Part shown: positions 46,996 through 55,774 of the stretch, in pieces
How the letters are laid out: every line of letters starts with the position of its first letter
Numbering within the stretch: position 1 is the first letter of the stretch
DNA from: Polyangiales bacterium
Lineage (GTDB): Bacteria; Myxococcota_A; Polyangia; Polyangiales; Polyangiaceae
Assembly (NCBI GenBank): GCA_038231275.1
Contig: JBBRLQ010000013.1
Coordinates: 64,001 to 128,000 of the forward strand
DNA length: 64,000 nt
Direction: 5' to 3'
Position numbers and translations under genes: made by a program
The notes under the pieces: model-generated
What the model saw: the letters and a program-made list of their open reading frames with translations, nothing else
Databases searched by the model: none
Told to the model about the DNA's origin: nothing

Positions 46996-49827
46996 TCAAT
47001 CCTCGGTCTCGCGCGCGAGGCGGACGCCGCGCTCGTCCTCGATGACGGCCGCGCCGGCTCCCATGAGGAGCAGCACGTCGCCGCCCACCTCGCCCCCGCG
47101 CGGGATCGAGACGGGCGCGGCCTCGAGCGGCGCCGCGGGCGGCTGCGATTTGACGTCGTCCCCTTCGGGCTTGAAATAGATGATCTGCTTCCAGCTGCGC
47201 GACACCTTGTCGGCGAACGCGAGGAGCAGGTCACCGCGCCGGCAGAATTTCAGCGCGGTGTCGAACGCCTGCTGCTCGTCGGGGATCACCTGGATGTGAT
47301 CCTTGGGGAAGCCGCTCTCGAGGAGCTCCTTCTCCATCAGGCGCGGCACCTCCTCGGGGCTTCGTCCGCGCAGATCGTCGTCGCGCCGGAGGATGATGTG
47401 ATCGAACGCCTTGCCGGCGATGCGCGCCATCGCGCGGAGGTCCTCGTCGCGCCGATCGCCGGGACCGGCGAGGAGGCACACGCGGCGGCCGTTGCACTCC
47501 ATCCGTCCGGTGAGGTCGGCCATCGCCTGGATCGCCGCCGGGTTGTGCCCGTAGTCCAAGATGACCTTGAACGGCAGCTTGTCGAAGACGTTGGTGCGCC
47601 CCGGCACCTGGAAGTACGTCGTGTCGAAGGTGCGGAGGCCCTGGCGGATGTTCTCGACCTTCACGCCCATCGCGTACGCCATCACCGCCGCGAACATGGC
47701 GTTCTGCACGTTGTGCATCGCCTTGCCCTCGATCGTGGCAGGAATGAGATGAGTCCAGAGGAGGGCGAGGTGCGCGCCTTTGTCGTAGAGCGTGATCATG
47801 TGGCCGTTGATCCCCTCTTCGAGGACCGCGGCGAGGCCGCCCGCGCGCAGGTGCTTGCGCACGAGCTCGTGACGCGGGTTCATCGTCACGTAGGCGATGC
47901 GCGTCGCCTTGGTGTGATCGGCCATGCGGAGGCAGTTGATGTCGTCGGCGTTGAGCACCGCGCAGTCGCGCGCGACCTCGACGACGATGCGCTTCACCTC
48001 GGCGAGCTGCTCGAGCGTGTCGACGCCCTTGATTCCCAGGTGATCGGCGCTGACGTTGAGCACCGCGCCGACGTTGCAGTGGCGGTAGCCCATTCCGGCG
48101 CGGAGCAGGCCCCCGCGCGCTGTCTCGAGCACCGCGAGGTCCACGTCGGGATCGCGCAGGACCATCTGCGCCGACTGGGGGCCGGTCATGTCGCCAGCGA
48201 CCGTGCGCTCGCCGTCGATGTAGACGCCGTCGGTCGTCGAGAGGCCGACGGTGAAGCCGTTCATTTTTTGGATGTGCGCGAGCATGCGCGCGGTGGTCGT
48301 CTTGCCGTTGGTGCCGGTGACCGCCGCGATCGGGATCTGCGTCGGCGTGCCCGCCGGGAAGAGCATATCGATGACCGGGCCGGCGACGTCGCGCGGCTTT
48401 CCTTCGGTCGGCGCGACGTGCATGCGGAAGCCCGGCGCCGCGTTCACCTCGCAGATGCCGCCGCCCACCTCGCGGTAGCTCTGCGTGATGTCGGACGTGA
48501 TGAAGTCGACGCCGCACACGTCGAGGCCGATCGCCTTCGCGGCGCGCACCGCCATGTCGCGGTTGTCGGGGTGGACCACGTCGGTGAGGTCGATCGCAGT
48601 ACCGCCGGTGGAGAGGTTGCCGGTGCCGCGCAAGAAGAGGAGCTCGCCGTTCGGGAGCACCGCGTCCTTGGTGACGTTCTTCTTCGCCATCAGGCGCTCG
48701 GCCTGCTCGTCGAGCTCGAGGCGCGTGAGCACCTTCTCGTGCCCGATGCCGCGGCGCGGATCGCTGTTCACGATGTCGATGAGCTGCGCGATTGTGTGCG
48801 TGCCGTCGCCGACGACGTGACCGGGCACGCGCTTCGCAACCGCGATGAGCTCGCCGCCGATCACGAGCATGCGGTGATCGAAGCCGGCCAAGAAATTTTC
48901 CACGACGACGCTGCGCGCGTGCTCGCGGGCCTTCGCGAAGGCGACCCCGACCTCACCGGCGGTCTTGAGGTCGAGCGAGACGCCGCGGCCGTGGTTCGCG
49001 TCGAGCGGCTTCACCACCACCGGGTAACCGAGGCGCGACGCGGCGCTGACCGCGCTCTCCGCCGAGCGCACGACGCGCTGGCGTGGCACCGGCAGGCCGA
49101 GGTCGCCGAGGATCTTGTTCGTCTCCTCTTTGTCGGAGGCGATCTCGACGGCGATGTGCCGCGTCTCGCTCGTCACCGTCGCCTGGATTCGCTTCTGGTA
49201 TTTGCCGTGCCCGAACTGGATGAGGCTGTAGTCGTTGAGGCGCATCCACGGGATGTCGCGCGCCTCTGCCGCGCGCACGAGCGAGCCGGTCGACGGCCCC
49301 AGCTGCCGGCGCTGGGCGAAGTCGATCAGATCGTGCAGCTCCTTCTTGAAGTCGAAGGGCCCGGTCTGCTCGTCGTCGTCGCCCTCGTCCTTTTTGGACG
49401 GGCGCAGGTCCGGCGGCAAGAGATCGTGGAGCAGGCGCATGGCAAGATCGCCGGCGGCCTCGGCGACGCGCTCCTCTTCGTACTCGTAGACGACGTGGTA
49501 GAGGCCCTTGCTCCCCTCGCCGCGCGTCTTGCCGAAGACGACGTTCGCGCCGGTGAGCTGCTGCAGCTCGATCGCGACGTGCTCGAGCACGTGACCGAGC
49601 CACGTCCCGCCGTCCTCGGTGAGGCGACGGATGAAGCCCCCTTCGGTGCCGTGCGAGCACGTGTGCGCCTTCAGCGAAGGCAGCGCGCCGAGGAGCCGAT
49701 CGTTGAAGCCTACGATCTTCGCGCTCGGCCAGTCCTCGAGCGCGCCGAGATCGACGGTGAGGCGCATGACGGGAAAGTGCGCGTAGAGGCTGGGACCGCG
49801 GTAGACGCGGCGCTCGAGGAGGTGCAT
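46996..49827 (-). CDS. cphA: Cyanophycin synthetase (CphA1)
   Basis: N domain C..HVLEH, LGPST, ATP-grasp VVKPLDANHGRGV and EVNAAPGFRMH, Mur domain VTGTNGKTT and LETARGG. Confidence 0.97.
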   Translation of the reverse strand: MHLLERRVYRGPSLYAHFPVMRLTVDLGALEDWPSAKIVGFNDRLLGALPSLKAHTCSHGTEGGFIRRLTEDGGTWLGHVLEHVAIELQQLTGANVVFGKTRGEGSKGLYHVVYEYEEERVAEAAGDLAMRLLHDLLPPDLRPSKKDEGDDDEQTGPFDFKKELHDLIDFAQRRQLGPSTGSLVRAAEARDIPWMRLNDYSLIQFGHGKYQKRIQATVTSETRHIAVEIASDKEETNKILGDLGLPVPRQRVVRSAESAVSAASRLGYPVVVKPLDANHGRGVSLDLKTAGEVGVAFAKAREHARSVVVENFLAGFDHRMLVIGGELIAVAKRVPGHVVGDGTHTIAQLIDIVNSDPRRGIGHEKVLTRLELDEQAERLMAKKNVTKDAVLPNGELLFLRGTGNLSTGGTAIDLTDVVHPDNRDMAVRAAKAIGLDVCGVDFITSDITQSYREVGGGICEVNAAPGFRMHVAPTEGKPRDVAGPVIDMLFPAGTPTQIPIAAVTGTNGKTTTARMLAHIQKMNGFTVGLSTTDGVYIDGERTVAGDMTGPQSAQMVLRDPDVDLAVLETARGGLLRAGMGYRHCNVGAVLNVSADHLGIKGVDTLEQLAEVKRIVVEVARDCAVLNADDINCLRMADHTKATRIAYVTMNPRHELVRKHLRAGGLAAVLEEGINGHMITLYDKGAHLALLWTHLIPATIEGKAMHNVQNAMFAAVMAYAMGVKVENIRQGLRTFDTTYFQVPGRTNVFDKLPFKVILDYGHNPAAIQAMADLTGRMECNGRRVCLLAGPGDRRDEDLRAMARIAGKAFDHIILRRDDDLRGRSPEEVPRLMEKELLESGFPKDHIQVIPDEQQAFDTALKFCRRGDLLLAFADKVSRSWKQIIYFKPEGDDVKSQPPAAPLEAAPVSIPRGGEVGGDVLLLMGAGAAVIEDERGVRLARETED

Positions 49828-50001
49828 CGCGATCCCGTTATATCAGCGGGTCGCGGCTGGGCTATCCTCATCCGATCGCGGCCGGCAGCGGCGAGCCCGG
49901 CGCGTCGCCTTCGAAGCGATGACGACAACGTGCCGAAACGTCCCCGACACATTGCCCGGCCTCACTTGCCCGTTACGTCCAAACGACGTTCCGTCTAGTC
50001 T

Positions 50002-50018
50002 GTAGTGAGAAACACTAC
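50002..50018. promoter_or_regulatory. Putative TA autoregulatory operator
   Basis: GTAGTG-AGAAA-CACTAC just upstream of the antitoxin ATG (50030). Confidence 0.5.
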
Positions 50019-50029
50019 GGAGCCCTTCC

Positions 50030-50359
50030 ATGGCAAAGTCTCCCGGAGCGCGCAAGGCCCCGCCCGAGTACCCCATCAGCGTGCGCTTTCCCGCTGCGCT
50101 GCGAAGCCGCACCGAGCGCTACGCACGGGAGCACCGAGTCGCCGTTGCGAGCGCGATTCGGATGATCGTCGGCGAGCACCTCGACGAACTGGATCGCGAC
50201 GAGGGGCTCTCCCGCGCCGAGCTCTGGCAGCGCGCGCAGGCCTGGTCGACGGCGCAGTCGATCGTCGATGGGAGCGCCGTTGAAGCGAGCTGGGATGAGC
50301 TACGCACCGCCGCGCGTGACACCGAGGCCAAGCGCGGTCGCGCCAAGCGATCGCGCTGA
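50030..50359 (+). CDS. Putative antitoxin with ribbon-helix-helix N-terminus
   Basis: ISVRFP..L.......A......A..IR..V pattern; 1-nt overlap with the toxin gene. Confidence 0.7.
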   Translation: MAKSPGARKAPPEYPISVRFPAALRSRTERYAREHRVAVASAIRMIVGEHLDELDRDEGLSRAELWQRAQAWSTAQSIVDGSAVEASWDELRTAARDTEAKRGRAKRSR

Positions 50360-50685
50360 TGGCGCGCAAGGTTCGACTCCACCGGGCCTTCGTCGACGAC
50401 GTTCGGCGGCAAGCGCGATGGCTCGCCGAGAATGATCGCGCGCGGTGGTCCGAGGAGCTCCTGGAGGGGATCGACGAGGTCGCCGCACGACTCGCGCGCT
50501 TTCCCAAAATTGGACCCCTCGTCTCCGAGGACGAGCGCGTCGTGCTCCGAAAGTTGATCCTCCGGCGGCTCCCCTACGTCGCCTGGTACGCGTACGCGAA
50601 GCCGGCAGGGGACGTGTGGCTCCTACGCCTCTTTGGAGCGAGGCAGGATCGAGTCGATCCGGATCCGTCGTCGTGGGGGATCTGA
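50359..50685 (+). CDS. RelE/ParE family toxin
   Basis: V.....F..D, L..FP..G, R.L...R.PY..WY, V.LLR.F..RQD. Confidence 0.85.
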   Translation: MARKVRLHRAFVDDVRRQARWLAENDRARWSEELLEGIDEVAARLARFPKIGPLVSEDERVVLRKLILRRLPYVAWYAYAKPAGDVWLLRLFGARQDRVDPDPSSWGI

Positions 50686-50707
50686 CCCGACGGCCAGAGT
50701 CGCGCTT

Positions 50708-51748
50708 CTACGTCACGCCGAGCGGCGTCGAACGGAAGATGGCTTGCTCCTCCTCCGTCATGTCGACCGGGATGCTCTCGAAGAGAGGCGTGCTCAAGTA
50801 GCGCTCGGCGGTGTCGGGGAGCATGGCCAGGATCGTGGCGCCCTTGGGCGCGTCTTTGGCGACCTCGAGCGCCGCGGCGAAGGTCGCGCCCGACGAGATG
50901 CCGACGAAGATGCCCTCCTTCTTGGCGAGGTCATGGCTGCACCGCATCGCGTCCGGCGCGGTGACCGCGAGGATGCGATCGATCACCTTCATGTCGACGG
51001 CCTCCTCCGTGAGGAGGGGAATGAAATCCGGCGTCCACCCCTGCATCGGGTGCGGCGTCCACGCCGGGTGCCCTGCCGACGGTGAGCCGTCTGGGTGCCG
51101 CGCCTGACGGGTCTTGCTGGCGAGGAGCGGCGCGGTCGCCGGCTCGCACACGACGATCTTGGTCTTCGGGCTCTCCTTCGCGAGCACACGCGATACGCCC
51201 TTCAGCGTCCCGCCGGTGCCGTATCCGGTGACGAAGTAGTCGAGCGGAAGATCGGCGAAGTCGGCAAGGATCTCAGGCGCGGTGGTCCGCGAGTGCACGT
51301 CGGGGTTGGCTTGGTTCTCGAACTGACGCGCGAAGAACCACCCGTGCTTTTTTACGAGCTCCTTGGTCTTGTCGACCATCCCGGTCGCGCGAAGCGCCGC
51401 GGGAGTGAGGACCACCTTCGCGCCGAGAAAGCGCATCAGGCGGCGCCGCTCGATGCTGAACGACTCCGGCAGGGTGACGACGAGCGGATACCCGCGCGCG
51501 GCGCAGACCATCGCGAGGCCGATGCCGGTGTTGCCGCTGCTCGCCTCGATCACGGTCTGGCCGGGCTTGAGCTCGCCGGAGGCCTCGGCGGCGTCGATGA
51601 TGCCCATCGCGAGGCGATCCTTGACGGAGCCGAGCGGGTTGAACGCCTCGATCTTCACGAAGAGCTGGACGTGCGCGGGCGCGAGCTTGTTGATGCGCAC
51701 CACGGGGGTGCGGCCGATCGTCTCGACGATGTTTGCGTAGCGGGCCAA
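50708..51748 (-). CDS. cysK: Cysteine synthase A
   Basis: IG.TP, KIEAFNP.GSVKDR, SSGNTG, G.GTGGT, GISSGA, PDTAERYLST; TTG start after GGGAGGGA. Confidence 0.93.
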   Translation of the reverse strand: MARYANIVETIGRTPVVRINKLAPAHVQLFVKIEAFNPLGSVKDRLAMGIIDAAEASGELKPGQTVIEASSGNTGIGLAMVCAARGYPLVVTLPESFSIERRRLMRFLGAKVVLTPAALRATGMVDKTKELVKKHGWFFARQFENQANPDVHSRTTAPEILADFADLPLDYFVTGYGTGGTLKGVSRVLAKESPKTKIVVCEPATAPLLASKTRQARHPDGSPSAGHPAWTPHPMQGWTPDFIPLLTEEAVDMKVIDRILAVTAPDAMRCSHDLAKKEGIFVGISSGATFAAALEVAKDAPKGATILAMLPDTAERYLSTPLFESIPVDMTEEEQAIFRSTPLGVT

Positions 51749-51850
51749 GAGTCCCTCCCCTTCTTTTCTTCTCGTTCTGTTACGCGAGGCGCCCATCCTA
51801 GCCCAGGTCGCCCGTGGCGTGCGCGCAGCGAGGAGGCTACCGTGCTCCGC

Positions 51851-52990
51851 ATGGATGGGCTCGCTGCGCGTTGCTTCGTCATCGCCGCTGCGAGCGTCCT
51901 CGGCGCATGCGCGCGAGCTCCTGCGCCCATCGCCCCGGACGGCGCGGCGCAGGCGAGGTACGCGGAAGGCAAGAGCTGGCTTTGCTTGCCCGGGCGCGAC
52001 GATGCGTGCGCGCGCTCGCTCGACGCCACCGAGCTGCGCTTCGACGGGACGCGCGTGGTCGTGCGCGACACGAAGGCGCCTGGCGCCGACGACGTCGACT
52101 GCTTCTACGTCTATCCGACCGTCGACTTGAGCCTGGGCGCCGCGAATCACGAGGACTTCACGGACCTCGCGCCGATGACGCGCGTGACGGTCGCGCAGGC
52201 GGCGCGGTTTCGCAACGTGTGCACGCTGTACGTGCCGCTCTACCGGCAGATCACGATCGGCGCCTATTTGCGCGCGCCCGACGTGAAGCGCGCGTACACG
52301 GCGGTCGCGGAGGCCGACGTCGACCAGGCGTTCGCGCAGTATCTTCGGAGCTACAACGGCGGCCGCAAGATCGTCCTCGTCGGACACTCGCAGGGCGGCG
52401 AGATGGTGGTCCACCTCCTCCAGCGCTTCTTCGACCGCGACCCGGAGCTGCGCGCTCGCCTTCTCCTCGCGATGCCGATCGGATGGCTCGTCGAGGTTCC
52501 CAAGGGAAAGACCGTCGGGGGCAGCTTCGCCAACGTGCCGGTGTGCACGCGCGCGGGCGAGACGGGATGCGTCGTCGCGTACCGCTCGTTTGCCGCGGGG
52601 AGCGAGCCGGAGTCGAAGCGCGCCACGCCGGCGGAGGGCAATGACGCCGTGTGCGTCAACCCCGCGGAGCTCGCGCATGGTCCCGGTCACGCGTTCTCGC
52701 GCGCGTTCTTGCCGATGGGTCTCGTGGCGGGAGACGCCGGCCTCGACGCGGTCACGACGCCCTTCGTCTTGCTCCGCGATTTCTACGGCGGCACATGCAA
52801 AGACGGACCGCGCGGCACGCGCTACCTCGCGGTCTCCTCCGCGCCCGCCACGGGCGATCGTCGCACGACGCCCATCCGCTTCTCGAGCCTGTGGCTGCGC
52901 GGCGAGCTGGGGCTGCACCTCCTCGACATGCAGTTCGCGCAAGGCGATCTGCTCGATCTCGTGGCCGAGCGCGCCGCCCCGAAGCCGTGA
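51851..52990 (+). CDS. DUF3089 family alpha/beta hydrolase lipoprotein
   Basis: Lipobox LGA-C; DCFYVYPT, PLYRQ, GHSQG, CVNP, LH..D. Confidence 0.88.
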   Translation: MDGLAARCFVIAAASVLGACARAPAPIAPDGAAQARYAEGKSWLCLPGRDDACARSLDATELRFDGTRVVVRDTKAPGADDVDCFYVYPTVDLSLGAANHEDFTDLAPMTRVTVAQAARFRNVCTLYVPLYRQITIGAYLRAPDVKRAYTAVAEADVDQAFAQYLRSYNGGRKIVLVGHSQGGEMVVHLLQRFFDRDPELRARLLLAMPIGWLVEVPKGKTVGGSFANVPVCTRAGETGCVVAYRSFAAGSEPESKRATPAEGNDAVCVNPAELAHGPGHAFSRAFLPMGLVAGDAGLDAVTTPFVLLRDFYGGTCKDGPRGTRYLAVSSAPATGDRRTTPIRFSSLWLRGELGLHLLDMQFAQGDLLDLVAERAAPKP

Positions 52991-53043
52991 CCCGCGCGCG
53001 ACCCGCTTGATCGTCCGCCGCCCGATTCGATACGGTGGCTGCA

Positions 53044-53703
53044 ATGCGAATCGAACGACATGGGATCCTCGCGTGCGCTGCTCTGCTCGCGACGGTGGCG
53101 ACGACGGGATGCTCCAAGGACGACGCGGCAAAGGGAACCGCTTCCAGCGCGAGCGCCGCGCCGGTCCAATCGACCCCTCCTCCTCCGCCGCCGAGCGCCG
53201 CGCCGACCGCCGCCGCGAGCGCCGCTCCACCCGTCGACTGTCCGAAGGGCTCCGCCGGCGACGGCACCTTTGCCAAGCCATGCGTGGCCAAGGGCAACGC
53301 GCGCATGATGGAAGTCGCATGGACCGGAAAGTCCGACGACAAAGGCCCGTCCTTCCGCGTCGTGAACAAGTCCACGTCGGTCGTCCTCTACGGAAAGATG
53401 GCCGTCTATTTCTACGACAAGGCCGGCAAACCGATCATGGCGAAGGACCGAAGCCAGTCGCCGCCCACCGACAAGCCGTTCCACACGTGCGGCGGGAGCA
53501 TGTTCCAGGGCGTGATGAAGGCCGGCGAGAAGGCGGTCATCACGTTCTCGTGCGTCACGAAGGCGGACGTCCCCGACGGGGCGACGTCCATCGAGGCAGA
53601 GATGCAAACGGTCGGCTTTACCGACGACGAGAAGAAGATCTCGTCGTACTGGCAGAACCCCGACCTCACGCCCGACACCCGCAAGAAGGGCGGCGTGAAG
53701 TAG
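53044..53703 (+). CDS. Hypothetical lipoprotein
   Basis: Lipobox TTG-C, Pro/Ala linker, beta-rich domain. Confidence 0.8.
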   Translation: MRIERHGILACAALLATVATTGCSKDDAAKGTASSASAAPVQSTPPPPPPSAAPTAAASAAPPVDCPKGSAGDGTFAKPCVAKGNARMMEVAWTGKSDDKGPSFRVVNKSTSVVLYGKMAVYFYDKAGKPIMAKDRSQSPPTDKPFHTCGGSMFQGVMKAGEKAVITFSCVTKADVPDGATSIEAEMQTVGFTDDEKKISSYWQNPDLTPDTRKKGGVK

Positions 53704-53725
53704 CGACGCACCCGAGGGCGCGAAA

Positions 53726-54556
53726 TCAGCGCTCGCCGGCGGCGGCGGCCTTGCGCGTTTCGAGGTCGAACGTTCCACCCTCGATGAGGACGTGGAGGCG
53801 CACGTTCGTCATGCAGACCGGGCGACCTTCCTTGGCCTCGGCGATCGACGAGTGCGTGAGCTCCGACGCATCGACGATCGTGAGCGCGCCGTTGCCCACG
53901 ACCTTGAGCTTCCTCTCCGAGTCGATGAACGCCGCCGTGTCCTCGTCGAGCCCGACGCCGACGGCGAACGGGTTGTAGGCGAGCGCCGTCAGGAGGCGCC
54001 CGAGGCGATCGCGCTGGCGAAAATGCTGGTCGATCATGATCCGGTTGGTGAGGCCAAAGCCTGGCACCAGCGTGACCGCGCCGGCGTGCGGCGTGTGCCC
54101 CTCGGCGCCGAAGGCGATCATGTGCTCGCTGAGGATCGCCGCGCCCGCGCTGGTGCCGCCGACCGTGACGCCGTTCGCGTTGGCGCGACGGATGGCGCGC
54201 GCGACGAGCGTGCCGCCGAGAATGGTCGTGAGGCGCAGCTGGTTGCCGCCGGTGATGAAGATGCCGTGCGCCCTCTCGATGTAGTCGAGCCACTCGCGCT
54301 TGTTCGCGTCGTCGCGGGTGAGGAAGGGCAGCGCCTTCGCCTCGTCGGCGCCGAGCTTCTTGAAGATTTTTTCGTACTTCCTGCCGGTGTCCTCGACGGT
54401 CGACGCCGTCGGGATGATGACGATGCGCGCGTTCTCGCCGCCCGACACGTCGAGGAACTTGCGAAGGACGTTCGACTGCCCCTCCTTGTCCTCGGCGCCG
54501 CCGATGGGGACGATGAAGCCGCGTTTACGATCGGTGGGGATTTTCGATGGGCTCAT
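53726..54556 (-). CDS. cphB: Cyanophycinase
   Basis: IGGAEDK, TGGNQLRL, GTSAGA, DQHF.QR.R.GRL, GLDEDT; ATGA overlap with iadA. Confidence 0.95.
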   Translation of the reverse strand: MSPSKIPTDRKRGFIVPIGGAEDKEGQSNVLRKFLDVSGGENARIVIIPTASTVEDTGRKYEKIFKKLGADEAKALPFLTRDDANKREWLDYIERAHGIFITGGNQLRLTTILGGTLVARAIRRANANGVTVGGTSAGAAILSEHMIAFGAEGHTPHAGAVTLVPGFGLTNRIMIDQHFRQRDRLGRLLTALAYNPFAVGVGLDEDTAAFIDSERKLKVVGNGALTIVDASELTHSSIAEAKEGRPVCMTNVRLHVLIEGGTFDLETRKAAAAGER

Positions 54557-55743
54557 GAATTCGCTTTCGCGGGGGCGCGCTCGAAGGTGCCGACTCGGAC
54601 CGTCTCGCCGCCGCGGACCAAGAAGCGTCCGCACGCCATCACCTCGCGTATGCGGTGCGCGTCGTCAAGGACCACGACGTCGGCGTCGGCGCCGACCTCG
54701 AGCGTCCCCTTCTTCGTCAGGCGGAGCAGGTGGGCGACGTTGCGGGTGAAGACGGGGAGCACGTCCGCCAGAGCGTGGCCGCGCTTCAGCAGGATTTCCA
54801 GGGTCTCCGCGATCGATGACGGGCGGCCGACGTCCATCGCGACGAGGCGGCCGTCCGCGTCGAAGGTCGGCAGACAGCCGCCGCCGTCCGAGCTGACCGT
54901 GAGGAGGTGCCGCGGCGCGTCACTCGCGAGGTAGCGCTCGACGCCGTCGGCGGCGGAGTACGCGTCCTCGCCGTCCTGCACCGGGAACGCCGTCACGTCG
55001 ACGGTGCAGCCGCGGCGCGCGAGATCAAGCGCCTCTTCGAAGAGGCGCGTCTTGCGGTTCACGTGCGTCGGGTAAAAGACGCGCGCCGGCAGCTCGGTCG
55101 TGTCGAGCGCGCGGCGTACGAGCTCGAGGCCGCGCGCGCCGTCGCCTACGTGGAGGTGGAGGACGCCCGCTTTTCCGCTCATCAGGCCGGCGACGTGGCA
55201 GTCGGCGGCGAGGCGAACGAGCTCGTCGAACGTGGGCTGGCTCGACCGGTGATCGCTGATCGCGACCTCGCCGACGCCGAGCACCGGGTCGACGAAGACG
55301 ATGTCCGACCGCACGCGGCCGGTCAGCGTGATCGGGGGAACCTCGTAACTGCCGGTCCAGCACCACGCGGAGAGGCCCTCTTCGCGGAGGCCGAGCGTCG
55401 CGGCGACGAGGGAGGCGACGTCGCGGGTCGTGCCGTCGGTGCCGAGGACGCCGATCGCCGTCGTGATGCCCGCACGCGCGAGCGCGGCGAGCGCGACAGG
55501 CGGGACGCGCGAGCTGGGGCCCGACTCGCCGCCGCCGCCGGTCAGGTGCACGTGCGCGTCGATGAGCCCCGGGATCGTGCGCGCGCCGCCGAGATCGACG
55601 ACCTCGCACAGCGCCGCGGGGAGCGCCGGGAGCGACGCGCCGATCGCGAGGATCTTCCCGCCCCCCACCAGCAGATCGCGCACGCCCACGCGCTCGGGCG
55701 CGAGCACGTCGGCGTTGCGCAGGAGCGTGAGCGGAGAGGCCAC
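54553..55743 (-). CDS. iadA: Isoaspartyl dipeptidase (beta-aspartyl peptidase)
   Basis: PGLIDAHVHLTGGGGE, LGTDG, AISDHRSSQP, PTHVNR, SSDGGG.LP; GTG start. Confidence 0.95.
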   Translation of the reverse strand: MASPLTLLRNADVLAPERVGVRDLLVGGGKILAIGASLPALPAALCEVVDLGGARTIPGLIDAHVHLTGGGGESGPSSRVPPVALAALARAGITTAIGVLGTDGTTRDVASLVAATLGLREEGLSAWCWTGSYEVPPITLTGRVRSDIVFVDPVLGVGEVAISDHRSSQPTFDELVRLAADCHVAGLMSGKAGVLHLHVGDGARGLELVRRALDTTELPARVFYPTHVNRKTRLFEEALDLARRGCTVDVTAFPVQDGEDAYSAADGVERYLASDAPRHLLTVSSDGGGCLPTFDADGRLVAMDVGRPSSIAETLEILLKRGHALADVLPVFTRNVAHLLRLTKKGTLEVGADADVVVLDDAHRIREVMACGRFLVRGGETVRVGTFERAPAKANS

Positions 55744-55774
55744 GGCCTGCTCGTAGCCGAAATTCAGCGACAAA

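Noticed and set aside
50708..53320. 870-aa cysK fusion
   Set aside because: The upstream part is antisense to the DUF3089 gene; a TTG start with RBS at 51748 gives a normal CysK.
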